Translations under genes and position numbers: made by a program
The notes under the pieces: model-generated
Database searches by the model: none
The model's input: only the letters and a program-made list of their open reading frames with translations
Told to the model about the DNA's origin: nothing
Shown here: one piece after another, positions 1-9,055 of the stretch
Numbering within the stretch: position 1 is the stretch's first letter
Layout: the number at the start of each line of letters is the position of its first letter
NCBI GenBank assembly: GCA_016212295.1
Contig: JACRGO010000073.1
Span: 1 to 57,760 of the forward strand
Direction: 5' to 3'
DNA length: 57,760 bases
Source of the DNA: Nitrospinota bacterium
Lineage (GTDB): Bacteria; Nitrospinota; Nitrospinia; JACRGO01

Positions 1-95
1 AACAAAATTTAATTTTAAAACGGTTGAGCTTCAATATTAACGGGAAACCTAACGTATTTTAGAGCTTAACCCCAAAAAACGCCTCATAAAAATTC

Positions 96-113
96 CTTAA
101 CTTAATGGCAGTG
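96..113. mobile_element. Probable terminal inverted repeat of an IS4-family element whose body lies left of the window
   Basis: CTTAACTTAATGGCAGTG (rc CACTGCCATTAAGTTAAG) resembles IS4-family (IS231/ISH8-like) ends as I recall them. It abuts a REP-like element that looks truncated on this side. Confidence 0.45.
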
Positions 114-215
114 AGGCTCCTGCCTGGGAATGCCGGACCACAAGGCTCCGCCTCGTGCCATCAGGAGGCAGAGCCTCCAGAATTAGCGCTCTCAAGGAGG
201 ACCCTTGGAGCGAGA
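113..215. repeat. REP-like compound palindrome (AGGCTC(C/T)GCCT type), truncated on the left
   Basis: aggctcctgcctgggaatgc, then hairpin aggctccgcctc-N10-gaggcagagcct, then hairpin cgctctcaagg-N4-ccttggagcg. Confidence 0.55.
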
Positions 216-411
216 GGACGCTTGCTTCTGTGAATTTTTATTATATTATGAGATTTTTAATATGTAGCGTTATTTATGCAACTTTATATAGTAAAGTTTA
301 CAGCGGAAATTTTAAATAAACTTAGCGAAGAACGGACCAAAAGACCGGGGAGCATAGGGTTCCGGTAAAGCCGGGAAATATTTGCTTTAAAAGTCCAGTG
401 AAAAGGAAATC

Positions 412-555
412 ATGGAAATATTTTTGATCATCACGGGTCTTGTTTTGGTTGTTGGCTTCGGCCTTTGGAAACGGTCCTCAAAAATCGGGCCTATTAAAAT
501 CACAGACGAGGGAATGAAGGAAATTCACCGCCTGGAGCACGAGGAGCGGGACTGA
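412..555 (+). CDS. Small single-pass membrane protein, 47 aa (MEIFLIITGLVLVVGFGLWKRSSK...)
   Basis: Translated by hand. AAAGGA RBS upstream; hydrophobic N-terminal helix followed by basic residues. Below the ORF-track cutoff. Confidence 0.5.
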   Translation: MEIFLIITGLVLVVGFGLWKRSSKIGPIKITDEGMKEIHRLEHEERD

Positions 556-594
556 TTCATAATTTTAAAAACTTGTTTAGTGAAGGAGAGAAAT

Positions 595-792
595 ATGGAC
601 CATGAATTTTTTGAAGGGAAATTGGGCCGGAAACTCACAGACTCGGAGGGGTATGCTGTCCACTACTGGAATATTAACGGCTATGGGATTACTCCTGAAA
701 AATGGGAAGAGGTCAAGATGGATTATAAAGCGCTATGCGCTAAGGCAGGAATAAAACCGGATGGAACGCCTATTGACGGGGAAAAGGGTTGA
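595..792 (+). CDS. Small hypothetical protein, 65 aa
   Basis: ORF 580..792; AAGGAG RBS favours ATG 595. Confidence 0.55.
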   Translation: MDHEFFEGKLGRKLTDSEGYAVHYWNINGYGITPEKWEEVKMDYKALCAKAGIKPDGTPIDGEKG

Positions 793-884
793 TGAGAAAA
801 GCTAAATGGCTCATTTTGTTCATGCCCACCTGGATAGTGGCATGGGTTATATATTTATTGCGTTCAAAAATTTGCGTTTTCCTT

Positions 885-3233
885 CTATTTCCCCGCCTTG
901 AAGATATCCACGAGTAAATCGCGCAATTCCTGCTGCCTGAAGGGTTTTTGGATATAGGGGTTTCCCGTCCTCTGCGAGAATTCACTCACTTCGTTCTCTA
1001 TGGACCCGGTGATGAGAATGAACCGCTTCGCCAACTCCGGTTTGATCTTGACCAGCCGGCCATGGAAAGATATCCCGTCCATTCCCGGCATTTTGAGATC
1101 GGATATGACAAGGTCGAACGGCCCGGATTTTACTTGTTCGATGGCCTCCTGGCCCCTGCTCACGGCAACCACACGGTGTCCGTCCTTTTTCAATACCCTT
1201 TGCAAAAGGTCCCTGATCCCTTCCTCGTCCTCCACTACCAGGATGTCCTTTCCCTGGACGGACCGCTCCTCTTTCCTTGGGGGCCCGGAGGGGGGATAGG
1301 GACACGAACTTATGGGGAACGTGATGGTGAAAAGGACGCCGTCAGGAAGATTTTTCACGCTGAGTTCCCCCTCGTGATCCGCAATGATGCCGTGGGCGAT
1401 GGAAAGGCCCAGGCCGGTCCCTTTTCCGGCGTCCTTTGTGGTGAAAAAGGGATCGAAGATTTTCCCCAAGGCGTCGTCTCTGATTCTGGGGCCGTCATTT
1501 TTTAACTCCGCGAAAATCCTGCCTCCCTCCAGCCTTCCAGTCCTGATCCACAGATTTCCTTCCCTTTTGGCATCACTGATGGCGTGCACGGCGTTATTGA
1601 TTATATTCAAAAGCACTTGCTGTATTTGATGAAAATTTCCGAAGATGCCCGGGAGATTTTGTTCAAGCTCCATGCCCAAGGCGATATTGCCGTTCTTGAG
1701 CTGATAGCCTACCAATTCCACCGTGTTCTGAATTACTTCGTTGAGGCCCACCAAGCCCTTTTCCAATTTATATTTCCTGGCGAAGGTAAGAAGACTCTGG
1801 ACTATTTTTTCGCAACGCTGCGCTTCCCCGCAGATCCTTTTTAAATCACTTTTGTTCGACTCCGATAGGGAGAGGTCCTCCATCAGGAGTTCCGAAAAAC
1901 CCACTATGCCGGTCAGGGGATTGTTCAGCTCATGCGCTATGCCGGATATGAGGGTGCCGATGGATGAGAGCTTTTGCGTTTGCATCAACTGCTCTTGTAT
2001 TCTTTTCCTTTCGGTCAGGTCGCGGGCGATTCCCATGGCGCCAAGAAAAATTCTTTTTCCGGAACTGTCCTCCGAGTATAAATTCTGGAGGCTTATTTCA
2101 ACATCCACGGTTTTCCGGCCAGGATCATTGGAAGCGCCACTGGGATTGACCAACGTGATTTCAAATTGCCTCTTTAACCGCTCCCCATCCCCGTTGACCG
2201 CCAGCTCTTTTCCTGCCCTCTCCTTGTGCTCCTCCATTATAAAATCGGAAAAGGGCTTCCCCTCGATTGCCTCCGGTTTGTGTCCCAAAAACCTCTCGGA
2301 TTCCTTGTTGGCGAAACTGAAATTGCCCTGCCGGTCGACGATAAAAATGAAGTCAGAGCTGTTGTCCACTATCCCGCGGTATTTTTCCTCGGAGATTTTC
2401 AGCTCCAGGGCCTTTTCCTTTAACTTTTTGTCCACCATCCGCACGTTGTATTTTGTAAACGCCCTGTCGCAAACAGCGGAAATCGTCTTGACCTCGAACG
2501 GCTTACGGACATAGTCGTCAGCCCCCTCCTTCATGAAACTCACGGCTGTAAGTTCCGAGCCATAGGCCGTTAAAATGACGGAACCGGTTTCGGGATGGTT
2601 TTTCTTCAGCCATTTCAAAACGTCCAGGCCGTTCCTTCCTGGCATTTGGTAATCCAGCATGGCCACATGGGGCCTGTGTTTTTCAATGGCCGCCATGGCC
2701 TCTTCCCCGTCCCTGGCCGTTATAATTTCCCAATTCTCCTCCGATAGTATTATCGTGATGACCCTGAGAATATTCTCATCGTCGTCGGCGAGCACTATTT
2801 TTTTCCTGAACCCCTCCTCTGTGATTTCCTTTATTTCCTTGCCTTTTTCCCTGGAGACCAGATGGGAAAAGACCAGGGTCGTCAGCTCTTCATAATCATA
2901 AGGCGCTTGAAGAAAGGATGATGCCCCGACTTCATAGGCCAGTTGCTGGGCATTGGCGTCCTTATAGGTGGCGGAAAGGAGAATAATGGGGACCTTGTTG
3001 AACTCGCGGTATTCCGTGGACCTCAGTATCCTGCACAACTGCCAGCCGTCGATGTCCGGCATGTCGATATCGGTGATGATGAGGTCGGGATAGGCGGAGG
3101 AAAGGGCTTCAAGGGCCTCGGAGGCGCTTGGAAACAGCGATATGTTTTCGAAACCGGCCATCCGGAGCTGTTCACAGACGCTCCTGGCGGCCGATTCGTT
3201 GTCGTTGATGACGATTATTTTTTCTTTAGGCAT
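885..3233 (-). CDS. Hybrid sensor histidine kinase (REC-REC-PAS-HisKA-HATPase-REC)
   Basis: Receiver motifs IITDIDMP, MLDYQMP and VISDLKMP; H-box IAHELNNPL; N-box NIINNA; FDPFFTTK...GTGLGL. Confidence 0.95.
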   Translation of the reverse strand: MPKEKIIVINDNESAARSVCEQLRMAGFENISLFPSASEALEALSSAYPDLIITDIDMPDIDGWQLCRILRSTEYREFNKVPIILLSATYKDANAQQLAYEVGASSFLQAPYDYEELTTLVFSHLVSREKGKEIKEITEEGFRKKIVLADDDENILRVITIILSEENWEIITARDGEEAMAAIEKHRPHVAMLDYQMPGRNGLDVLKWLKKNHPETGSVILTAYGSELTAVSFMKEGADDYVRKPFEVKTISAVCDRAFTKYNVRMVDKKLKEKALELKISEEKYRGIVDNSSDFIFIVDRQGNFSFANKESERFLGHKPEAIEGKPFSDFIMEEHKERAGKELAVNGDGERLKRQFEITLVNPSGASNDPGRKTVDVEISLQNLYSEDSSGKRIFLGAMGIARDLTERKRIQEQLMQTQKLSSIGTLISGIAHELNNPLTGIVGFSELLMEDLSLSESNKSDLKRICGEAQRCEKIVQSLLTFARKYKLEKGLVGLNEVIQNTVELVGYQLKNGNIALGMELEQNLPGIFGNFHQIQQVLLNIINNAVHAISDAKREGNLWIRTGRLEGGRIFAELKNDGPRIRDDALGKIFDPFFTTKDAGKGTGLGLSIAHGIIADHEGELSVKNLPDGVLFTITFPISSCPYPPSGPPRKEERSVQGKDILVVEDEEGIRDLLQRVLKKDGHRVVAVSRGQEAIEQVKSGPFDLVISDLKMPGMDGISFHGRLVKIKPELAKRFILITGSIENEVSEFSQRTGNPYIQKPFRQQELRDLLVDIFKAGK

Positions 3234-3261
3234 GTTTAATATTTAAATCACTACTAAAATA

Positions 3262-3446
3262 AAAACAAAATCTCAAATTACAAATAGCAAATTGCAAATA
3301 AATCTCAATAACCAAAATTGCAAAGAACAAACAAGAAAAGGAAATCAAATTGTTTTGGACATTCGGTAATTGGAATTTGTCATTTATTTGGGATTTGTCA
3401 TTTGGGATTTTGTTTTACTCTTGGCTGCGGAGAAGCAGCTCCGTGT
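3262..3446. repeat. Repeat family A, copy 1: ~155-bp AT-rich imperfect palindrome of CAAAT/ATTTG-based heptamers plus a GC tail hairpin
   Basis: aaaacaaaatctcaaat...atttgggattttgtttt (3262-3416), then ggctgcggagaagcagc. Homologous to copies at about 4263, 6295, 7696 and 32318. Confidence 0.85.
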
Positions 3447-3470
3447 CGCCAGCGCTCTTTTCCTGTTTCC

Positions 3471-4244
3471 TCAAATCAATTCCACGAAATTCCTCGCGAC
3501 CCATCCCCTTTTATTGTCCTTCAATTCTATCTCTATCCAGTCCCCTCTCCTGTCCAAGACCCGGAATTCCGTCCCGTCATGGAGTTGGAAGAGGACCACG
3601 GAATTGATGTCGTTGGAGGAATGGACCGAAACCTCCCTGTGGGTAACGGTCCCCTCCACTATATAATAATCCTGGTAGCACTTAAAACCCGCTGAGGACG
3701 CGAAAAGGATAAAGACCGCAGCAAGGGTGGAGAGAAGGAGATTGCGCCGCTCGAACTTCCTGAAGAGGCAAACCACGGCCGATAGCATTAAGACGGCATA
3801 AAGAAGGGCCGAGGCAAGAAGGATTTCCCTTAAGGCCATATCATCATTCCAAAAGAAAAGATAGTCAAGTATCCTCAGGCCGGATTTATATTCAATCTCG
3901 TCCTTTGCCTCTTGCCTTGCGTACTGAAGATTGGCCAGGAGGTCGCTGTCCCTGGGCTCATGGCGAAGGGCACGGCGATAGTTTGCCAGGGAATTCCCTA
4001 TCTGGCCCAGGCGGAAATAACAATTACCTATATTGTAAAAAAGAGGGCCCGTCGGCTTTGCATCCGCCACTTCCTTATATAAAGCCAATGCCTTTTCGAA
4101 TTCCCCCTTTTCATAATGGCGGTTGGCCTCCAGGAAAAGGTTAATGCTATTTTTTTCCTCCCCGAAGGCATGGGAGAATCCCGCAAGAAAAAAGCAGATG
4201 GCTAATGGCAAGAATATTATTTTTTTCATTGTATGCTTACTCAT
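3471..4244 (-). CDS. batE: BatE-like TPR + SH3 domain protein
   Basis: Signal peptide (start may be 4229), TPRs (YNIGNCYFRLGQIG), two TM helices, C-terminal SH3b (LHDGTEFRV...WIEI...GWV); directly downstream of batD. Confidence 0.8.
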   Translation of the reverse strand: MSKHTMKKIIFLPLAICFFLAGFSHAFGEEKNSINLFLEANRHYEKGEFEKALALYKEVADAKPTGPLFYNIGNCYFRLGQIGNSLANYRRALRHEPRDSDLLANLQYARQEAKDEIEYKSGLRILDYLFFWNDDMALREILLASALLYAVLMLSAVVCLFRKFERRNLLLSTLAAVFILFASSAGFKCYQDYYIVEGTVTHREVSVHSSNDINSVVLFQLHDGTEFRVLDRRGDWIEIELKDNKRGWVARNFVELI

Positions 4245-4262
4245 TCATTTTAAGATATAGAA

Positions 4263-4445
4263 CACGGCGCGGCTTCGACACAGCCAAAGGGAAAACAAAA
4301 TCCCAAATGACAAATAGCAAATTGCAAATAAATTACAAATTACAATTACGGAATGTCCAAAACAACTACATTTCCTTGTTTGTCATTTGTAATTTTGGTT
4401 ATTAAGATTTATTTGTTATTTGACAATTGAGGTTTGGAGTTTAAA
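4263..4445. repeat. Repeat family A, copy 2
   Basis: cacggcgcggcttcgacacagcc tail plus aaaacaaaatcccaaatgacaaatagcaaattgcaaataaa...tttatttgttatttg. Confidence 0.85.
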
Positions 4446-4461
4446 TTTAAAATATCCTTGG

Positions 4462-6282
4462 CTATATTATTTTCTCTAATTCCTTAATAAGCGACTGAAT
4501 CTCGTTTAAAAAACCGTATGTATCCCTTTCAGCGTTTAAGGGCGAGGCAAATTGTCCTGCCTCGCACCTCTCCAAAAGTTCCACGGCCGCCTTACATGTC
4601 CGGCCGTCCACGCCTCTTTCCCTTAATAACCCGCCGATCTCGGACGGTGTCAGGGACCTGCCGGAGACATTCAGCTTGTCGCCTATATAATCCTTTAAAA
4701 TTTTCAAGGCCCCAGAAAAAAACTCGCGTCCGTTATTCGTTCCCGACGCCGGGGAAAGGGCCTTAAGCTTCCTGCATGCGCTGGAAAAGGCCGTTCTGGC
4801 CTTGTATATATCCGCCCCTGACTCTCTCTTCTCCCTCCACCGTACAAGAAAAAAAGAGGCCAGGAACACCACGGTGGGTAGAACAAACAGCATTTCCGCG
4901 ATCAGCATAATGGCCCTGGAAGGCCGTTCATCCAGGGAATCCGCCCCGGTGTGTATAGGAAATATGTCCTTTCCTAGTACCTTGACCTTTTCCCGCTCCG
5001 GCGCATCTGGTTCCTTGCCCACGAATTTCATCTCTTCCTTTTCACTGGAAGGCAAGACCCGCATGGGCTTCAGTGACGCCTTTAAAATTCTGTACTCCTT
5101 GGCGTCCGGATCAAAATAAGGGACTTGAATATCCGGCAGGGAGAGCTGCCCCTCCTTTAATGGGACCAGGGCCTTTTTAAAAACCTTCCGGCCCGCCACG
5201 CCGTCCTTTGAAGGATTGACTTGCACCTCAGGCTTGTCATCGTAAATCTTGAAGTCCCCGGAATCCGCTAAAAACTGGGGCGCGGCGTCCCTGATGTTTC
5301 CATTCCCCTCCACCACGACCGTGGCGGTGTTGGCCCCCCCTACCTCCAATTCCTCCTTTTCCAGGGACGCGCTCAAGGAAAACCGGCCCACCAGTTTCTC
5401 GAAGCCCTTCGGCCTCCCGTCGGCGGGAAGGGGCTGTACATCCAGTTCCAGTTCATTGGAGCGGATATTTTTCCTTACCGCCTTTTGGCGTCCCATGAAC
5501 TGGTTGAAAAAGGGGTCATCGAAGAACTGGCCGAAAGGGTCTCTCTGCCTTCTGCCGCGGTCCTGGACAATGACGTCGCATTGCAGCATGGCTGGTCCGA
5601 TGCCCAATTTCCCTGGTTTCAGCGGGAAAAGGGCCTTTCTGATTTCCGTGACATGGTATTCCGCCCCGTCGATATTTTGATTGAATTCGGTTTGCCGGCC
5701 CAAATCCTCGGTCCAAAAACCATCAAAGCGCGGCAGGTCAAGATTGGCGTTAGCCACATCCACCCTTCTGAACAACTGGAAGGTGTAAATTATCTGCTCG
5801 TTTTCGTAAGGATTTTTTTTGGAGACCAGGGCCTTGGCGAAAATATACCGCTGGTCCTGGTTCCCTTGCGTCGCGTTGTCCCTGGAAACAGCGCTCCCCG
5901 GCTCCTGGACTATAAGCTCCAAGGGTTCGTTTTTCAGCGTTTGCCCGTTGCAGTTCATGGTGGCCGGCCCTATTGAAAACTTTCCCGCCTTTTTTGGGAC
6001 AAGGACGTAATTGTATTGCACGCTTTTGGAAAAGGACCCGTTGATAATGCTTACCTGGCTGGAGGTCCCGGCCTCTTGCACATGAAAATCCAGCAGGGGG
6101 GGAAGGATCGGAGAACCCGCGTCGCCCGCGTCCTTTAACGTAAGGGTGTAAACGGCCTGGTCCTCAAGGGTGATTTGCTCACGGTCCAGGGAGGCGGTCA
6201 ACGACGCCGCTTCAACCCGGCCAGTGGCAGCCGACGTGAAAAGGATAAGGAACAGGAAAAGAATGATACTAATATTCTTCAT
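4462..6282 (-). CDS. batD: BatD family protein (oxygen-tolerance/Bat operon)
   Basis: Signal peptide from ATG 6282, repeated Ig-like BatD modules (SSQVSIING, VGRFSL, YFDP), C-terminal TM helix. Confidence 0.88.
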   Translation of the reverse strand: MKNISIILFLFLILFTSAATGRVEAASLTASLDREQITLEDQAVYTLTLKDAGDAGSPILPPLLDFHVQEAGTSSQVSIINGSFSKSVQYNYVLVPKKAGKFSIGPATMNCNGQTLKNEPLELIVQEPGSAVSRDNATQGNQDQRYIFAKALVSKKNPYENEQIIYTFQLFRRVDVANANLDLPRFDGFWTEDLGRQTEFNQNIDGAEYHVTEIRKALFPLKPGKLGIGPAMLQCDVIVQDRGRRQRDPFGQFFDDPFFNQFMGRQKAVRKNIRSNELELDVQPLPADGRPKGFEKLVGRFSLSASLEKEELEVGGANTATVVVEGNGNIRDAAPQFLADSGDFKIYDDKPEVQVNPSKDGVAGRKVFKKALVPLKEGQLSLPDIQVPYFDPDAKEYRILKASLKPMRVLPSSEKEEMKFVGKEPDAPEREKVKVLGKDIFPIHTGADSLDERPSRAIMLIAEMLFVLPTVVFLASFFLVRWREKRESGADIYKARTAFSSACRKLKALSPASGTNNGREFFSGALKILKDYIGDKLNVSGRSLTPSEIGGLLRERGVDGRTCKAAVELLERCEAGQFASPLNAERDTYGFLNEIQSLIKELEKII

Positions 6283-6294
6283 AAGTTTATAAGG

Positions 6295-6708
6295 CAAACA
6301 AAATCCCAAATGACAAATAGCAAATTACAAATAAATTACAATTACCAAATGTCCAAACAATTCCAGTAACCGTTCACGGGTTCAAGGTTCAGGGTTCCAG
6401 GTTTTAGAAAACCCTGTATCCATACGGATTTTCATTGAGCGGTGCTAAAAACAGGTAAACAGGCAGATCCAATGTGGAGCGCCCTAAAAATCCCTTGCAA
6501 CATAGCCGTGTTTCACGCACTTTCAACCCTGAACCCTGAACCCGTGAACGGATACCAATTCCATTTCCTTGTTTGTCATTTATAATTTTGGTTGTTGAGA
6601 TTTATTTGTTATTTGGCAATTGCGATTTGGAGTTTCATAACACTTTGTTATTTTTAACTTTAGATCACTTTAGTCACTTTTAATTTGGTTGCGGCGAAGC
6701 CGCGCCAT
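6295..6708. repeat. Repeat family A, copy 3, split by a family-B MITE
   Basis: Left half 6295-6365, right half 6556-6636, tail ggttgcggcgaagccgcgccatg at 6687-6709. Confidence 0.85.
6366..6555. mobile_element. MITE family B, copy 1 (190 bp, 12-bp TIR, 8-bp TSD)
   Basis: TIRs GTAACCGTTCAC / GTGAACGGATAC; direct repeat CAATTCCA at 6358-6365 and 6556-6563; interior homologous to 51380-51626. Confidence 0.9.
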
Positions 6709-6757
6709 GTTATCCGCGTTCTATTTTTTATTTAGCCAGAAGGCGTTAAGCCCCATC

Positions 6758-7663
6758 TCACCAATCCCTCTCAGGCGCGGGGCTCTTTCCGAACCGGCCC
6801 TTGATTTGATCCCGGAGGATTTTTGATCCGTCCTCCTTCAGCGAATTGAGCCACAGATCGGTTTCTTCCCGGCCCATCTTTTCCTTGCTGTCATTTGCAG
6901 ACCCAGCGCCAGCTTGGGCCTCCCGCAGGGTCTCACCGGATCGGCCTTGCTGTTTTTTTTGCCCGCCCGCTTGTTGTTCCTTGCCTTGCTCTTCCTTGGC
7001 GGCGTCTTTACTGGCGTCTTCCTTGTTCGCGCCCTGGCCTTCCTCGGGCTTTTGCTGTTCTTCGTTTTTCGCCGTTTCCTTCTGGTCCTTTCCAGCCTCT
7101 TTTTGCTCCTTGTCCTGTTCTCCCCGCTCCCCATCCTTTTGCCCGTCTTGCTGTTTTTCGTCTTGGGGCTGTTCTTTTTTCTGTTCCTTTTGCCGCTGTT
7201 CCTTTTCCTTGCGCTCCTGCTCCTGCTTCATCCGCTTCTTGATCTCGTCCCGCGTAAATTCAAGATTTTGCTTGGCTGCCAGATCATTGGGGTCGAGTTC
7301 CAGCGCCTTTTCATAAGCTGATACGGCGTCCTCCAGTTTTCCTTGCCGGTAAAAGGAATTCCCAAGATTGAAATAGGATTTTTGCCTTAAGGCCGGGTCC
7401 CCGGCTTTCAGGGAGGCGCTCAGGAAACTCTTTTCCGCCTCCTGGTATTTTTTCAGTCGATAGTAGGTATTGGCGAGATTGTATTGGACCCTTGTATCAT
7501 CGGGAAAGTCCAGGTTGAGTTGAATGTATTTTTTCAGAGCCTCATCATAGTTTTTTTCATCATAAAACCGCGCGGCCTCTCCTCCGACGGCGGCCCGCGA
7601 GTCGGCAAGACACCTTTCCGCATTCATGGCAATGAGAAATAAGAGACAAAGGAGAAGCTTCAT
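6758..7663 (-). CDS. BatC-like TPR protein with Q/E/K-rich tail
   Basis: Signal peptide from ATG 7663; TPRs (YNLANTYY, FNLGNSFY, AKQNLE); low-complexity tail ending in ERDW as in BatB/BatC. Confidence 0.8.
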   Translation of the reverse strand: MKLLLCLLFLIAMNAERCLADSRAAVGGEAARFYDEKNYDEALKKYIQLNLDFPDDTRVQYNLANTYYRLKKYQEAEKSFLSASLKAGDPALRQKSYFNLGNSFYRQGKLEDAVSAYEKALELDPNDLAAKQNLEFTRDEIKKRMKQEQERKEKEQRQKEQKKEQPQDEKQQDGQKDGERGEQDKEQKEAGKDQKETAKNEEQQKPEEGQGANKEDASKDAAKEEQGKEQQAGGQKKQQGRSGETLREAQAGAGSANDSKEKMGREETDLWLNSLKEDGSKILRDQIKGRFGKSPAPERDW

Positions 7664-7695
7664 AAGATGCAAGGCAGCCTTGACGCGACTAAAAA

Positions 7696-7870
7696 AGAAA
7701 ACAAAATTCCAAAAAAACAAATAGCAAATTACAAATAAATTACAAATTAAAATTACTGAATATACAAAACAATTCCTTTTCCTGGTATATTTTTCTTTTT
7801 TCTTGTTTTTTTCTTGTAATTTTGTCTATTGAGATTTATTTGTTATTTTGACCATTGGGATTTGCGTTTT
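7696..7870. repeat. Repeat family A, copy 4 (degenerate)
   Basis: aaaacaaaattccaaaaaaacaaatagcaaattacaaataaattac...gagatttatttgttattt...tgggatttg. Confidence 0.8.
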
Positions 7871-7971
7871 CCGCGCAAGTTTTTCAACCGCTTCCTGGAG
7901 CAAGGCACGGACGCGCCATGTATAAAAAAAGCATAGAAAAATCAATTTCCGTTGTCAAGAAAACTCCATGT

Positions 7972-8886
7972 TTATTTCCCAACAATGCTTAATTGGGCGC
8001 CATAAGCATCCAGGAAACCCAAAAACGCCTGGCACACGGGCGACATGCTCCTCTTGGGGCAGGAGACGATATAGAAAGTCCGAAGAAGTTTTTTTCCCTT
8101 GAAGTGAATGGACTTGAGGGTCTTGAAGCGGAGGTCCTCAGCCAAGGCCAGGGACGACACAATTGATATCCCGAACCCTGACTTAACGGCCTGCTTCACC
8201 GCCTCCGTGCTTCCCATCTCGGCCACGATGTTGAGTCCGGTTGGATCCACTCCCATTTCCGCAAGCCATCTTTCCATGGCCATACGCGAGCCGGACCCCC
8301 TCTCCCTGATAACAAAGGGCGAGGCGAGGATCTCCTTGGCCCCCATCTTTCCGCCTGGGGGCGCGGGATAATCCGGCCCGGCGATTATTACCAGTTCGTC
8401 CTTGACGAACTCCCGGTGCTCCAAGCGGTTGTCCGCTAATTTGGAGCCGATGATACCGAGCTCGCATTCTCCGTTCATGACTTTCTCCGCTATGGCGGAT
8501 GTGTCCCCTATTATCAATGCCACGGTGATTCCAGGGTTCTTCCTTCCGAACCTTCCAACCAGATCCGGCAGGAGATACTCCCCTGGGATGGTGCTTCCGC
8601 CTATCACCACCCTGCCGGAGGTCTTTCCCTTGAATCGCGCGATGTCCTGTCTCGCCTGGTCCATTACGGCGGTCAGTTTTTTAGCGTATTCAAAGAGGAC
8701 CTTTCCCCCGGCGGTGGGGACCACCTCCCTGCCGAGCCGGTCCAGGAGCCTCAGGCCCAGTTCCGCCTCCAGCGATTGAATATGGCTGCTAACGGTAGGC
8801 TGGGTGAGGTAGACCGCCTCGGCGGCCCTCGAAAAGCTCTTGAGCTCCACTATTTTCATGAATATTTCCAACTGCTTGAAATCCAT
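7972..8886 (-). CDS. LysR family regulator, CysL/selenium-metabolism-associated type
   Basis: HTH SFSRAAEAVYLTQPTVSSHI; IGGSTIPGEYLLP; RERGSGSR; GSTEAVKQAV. Confidence 0.92.
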   Translation of the reverse strand: MDFKQLEIFMKIVELKSFSRAAEAVYLTQPTVSSHIQSLEAELGLRLLDRLGREVVPTAGGKVLFEYAKKLTAVMDQARQDIARFKGKTSGRVVIGGSTIPGEYLLPDLVGRFGRKNPGITVALIIGDTSAIAEKVMNGECELGIIGSKLADNRLEHREFVKDELVIIAGPDYPAPPGGKMGAKEILASPFVIRERGSGSRMAMERWLAEMGVDPTGLNIVAEMGSTEAVKQAVKSGFGISIVSSLALAEDLRFKTLKSIHFKGKKLLRTFYIVSCPKRSMSPVCQAFLGFLDAYGAQLSIVGK

Positions 8887-8910
8887 GCTTCAATTCCCCG
8901 GAAATCCGTT

Positions 8911-8979
8911 TATAGAAAAACGCTATAATTAAAAGTTTCCGTATTGACATTTCCAATTTGTAGTATCGGGAAAACTTAT
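8911..8979. promoter_or_regulatory. Putative LysR binding sites (three T-N11-A boxes) in the divergent lysR/ydjY region
   Basis: TATAG-N7-CTATA (8911-8927), ATTG-N7-CAAT (8943-8957), ATCG-N7-TTAT (8965-8979). Confidence 0.6.
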
Positions 8980-9055
8980 TATATCATTAATTTTCACCAC
9001 AAGGGCAACAAGGAAAAATTAAACATCGAACATTGAATTTTAAGGAGGTGATTTT

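Noticed and set aside
948-3239. Plus-strand ORFs over the sensor kinase, and similar antisense ORFs over secA, cusA, res, mod and tolC
   Set aside because: Shadow frames of well-supported genes with no recognisable motifs.
3318-3695. ORFs starting in family A repeats (also 4205-4405 and 6175-6369)
   Set aside because: Translations of the palindromic repeat (ICHLFGICHL, QMTNSKLQINY).
3262-7870. Family A or heptamer arrays as CRISPR
   Set aside because: No regular repeat-spacer period; copies are separated by whole genes; no cas genes.
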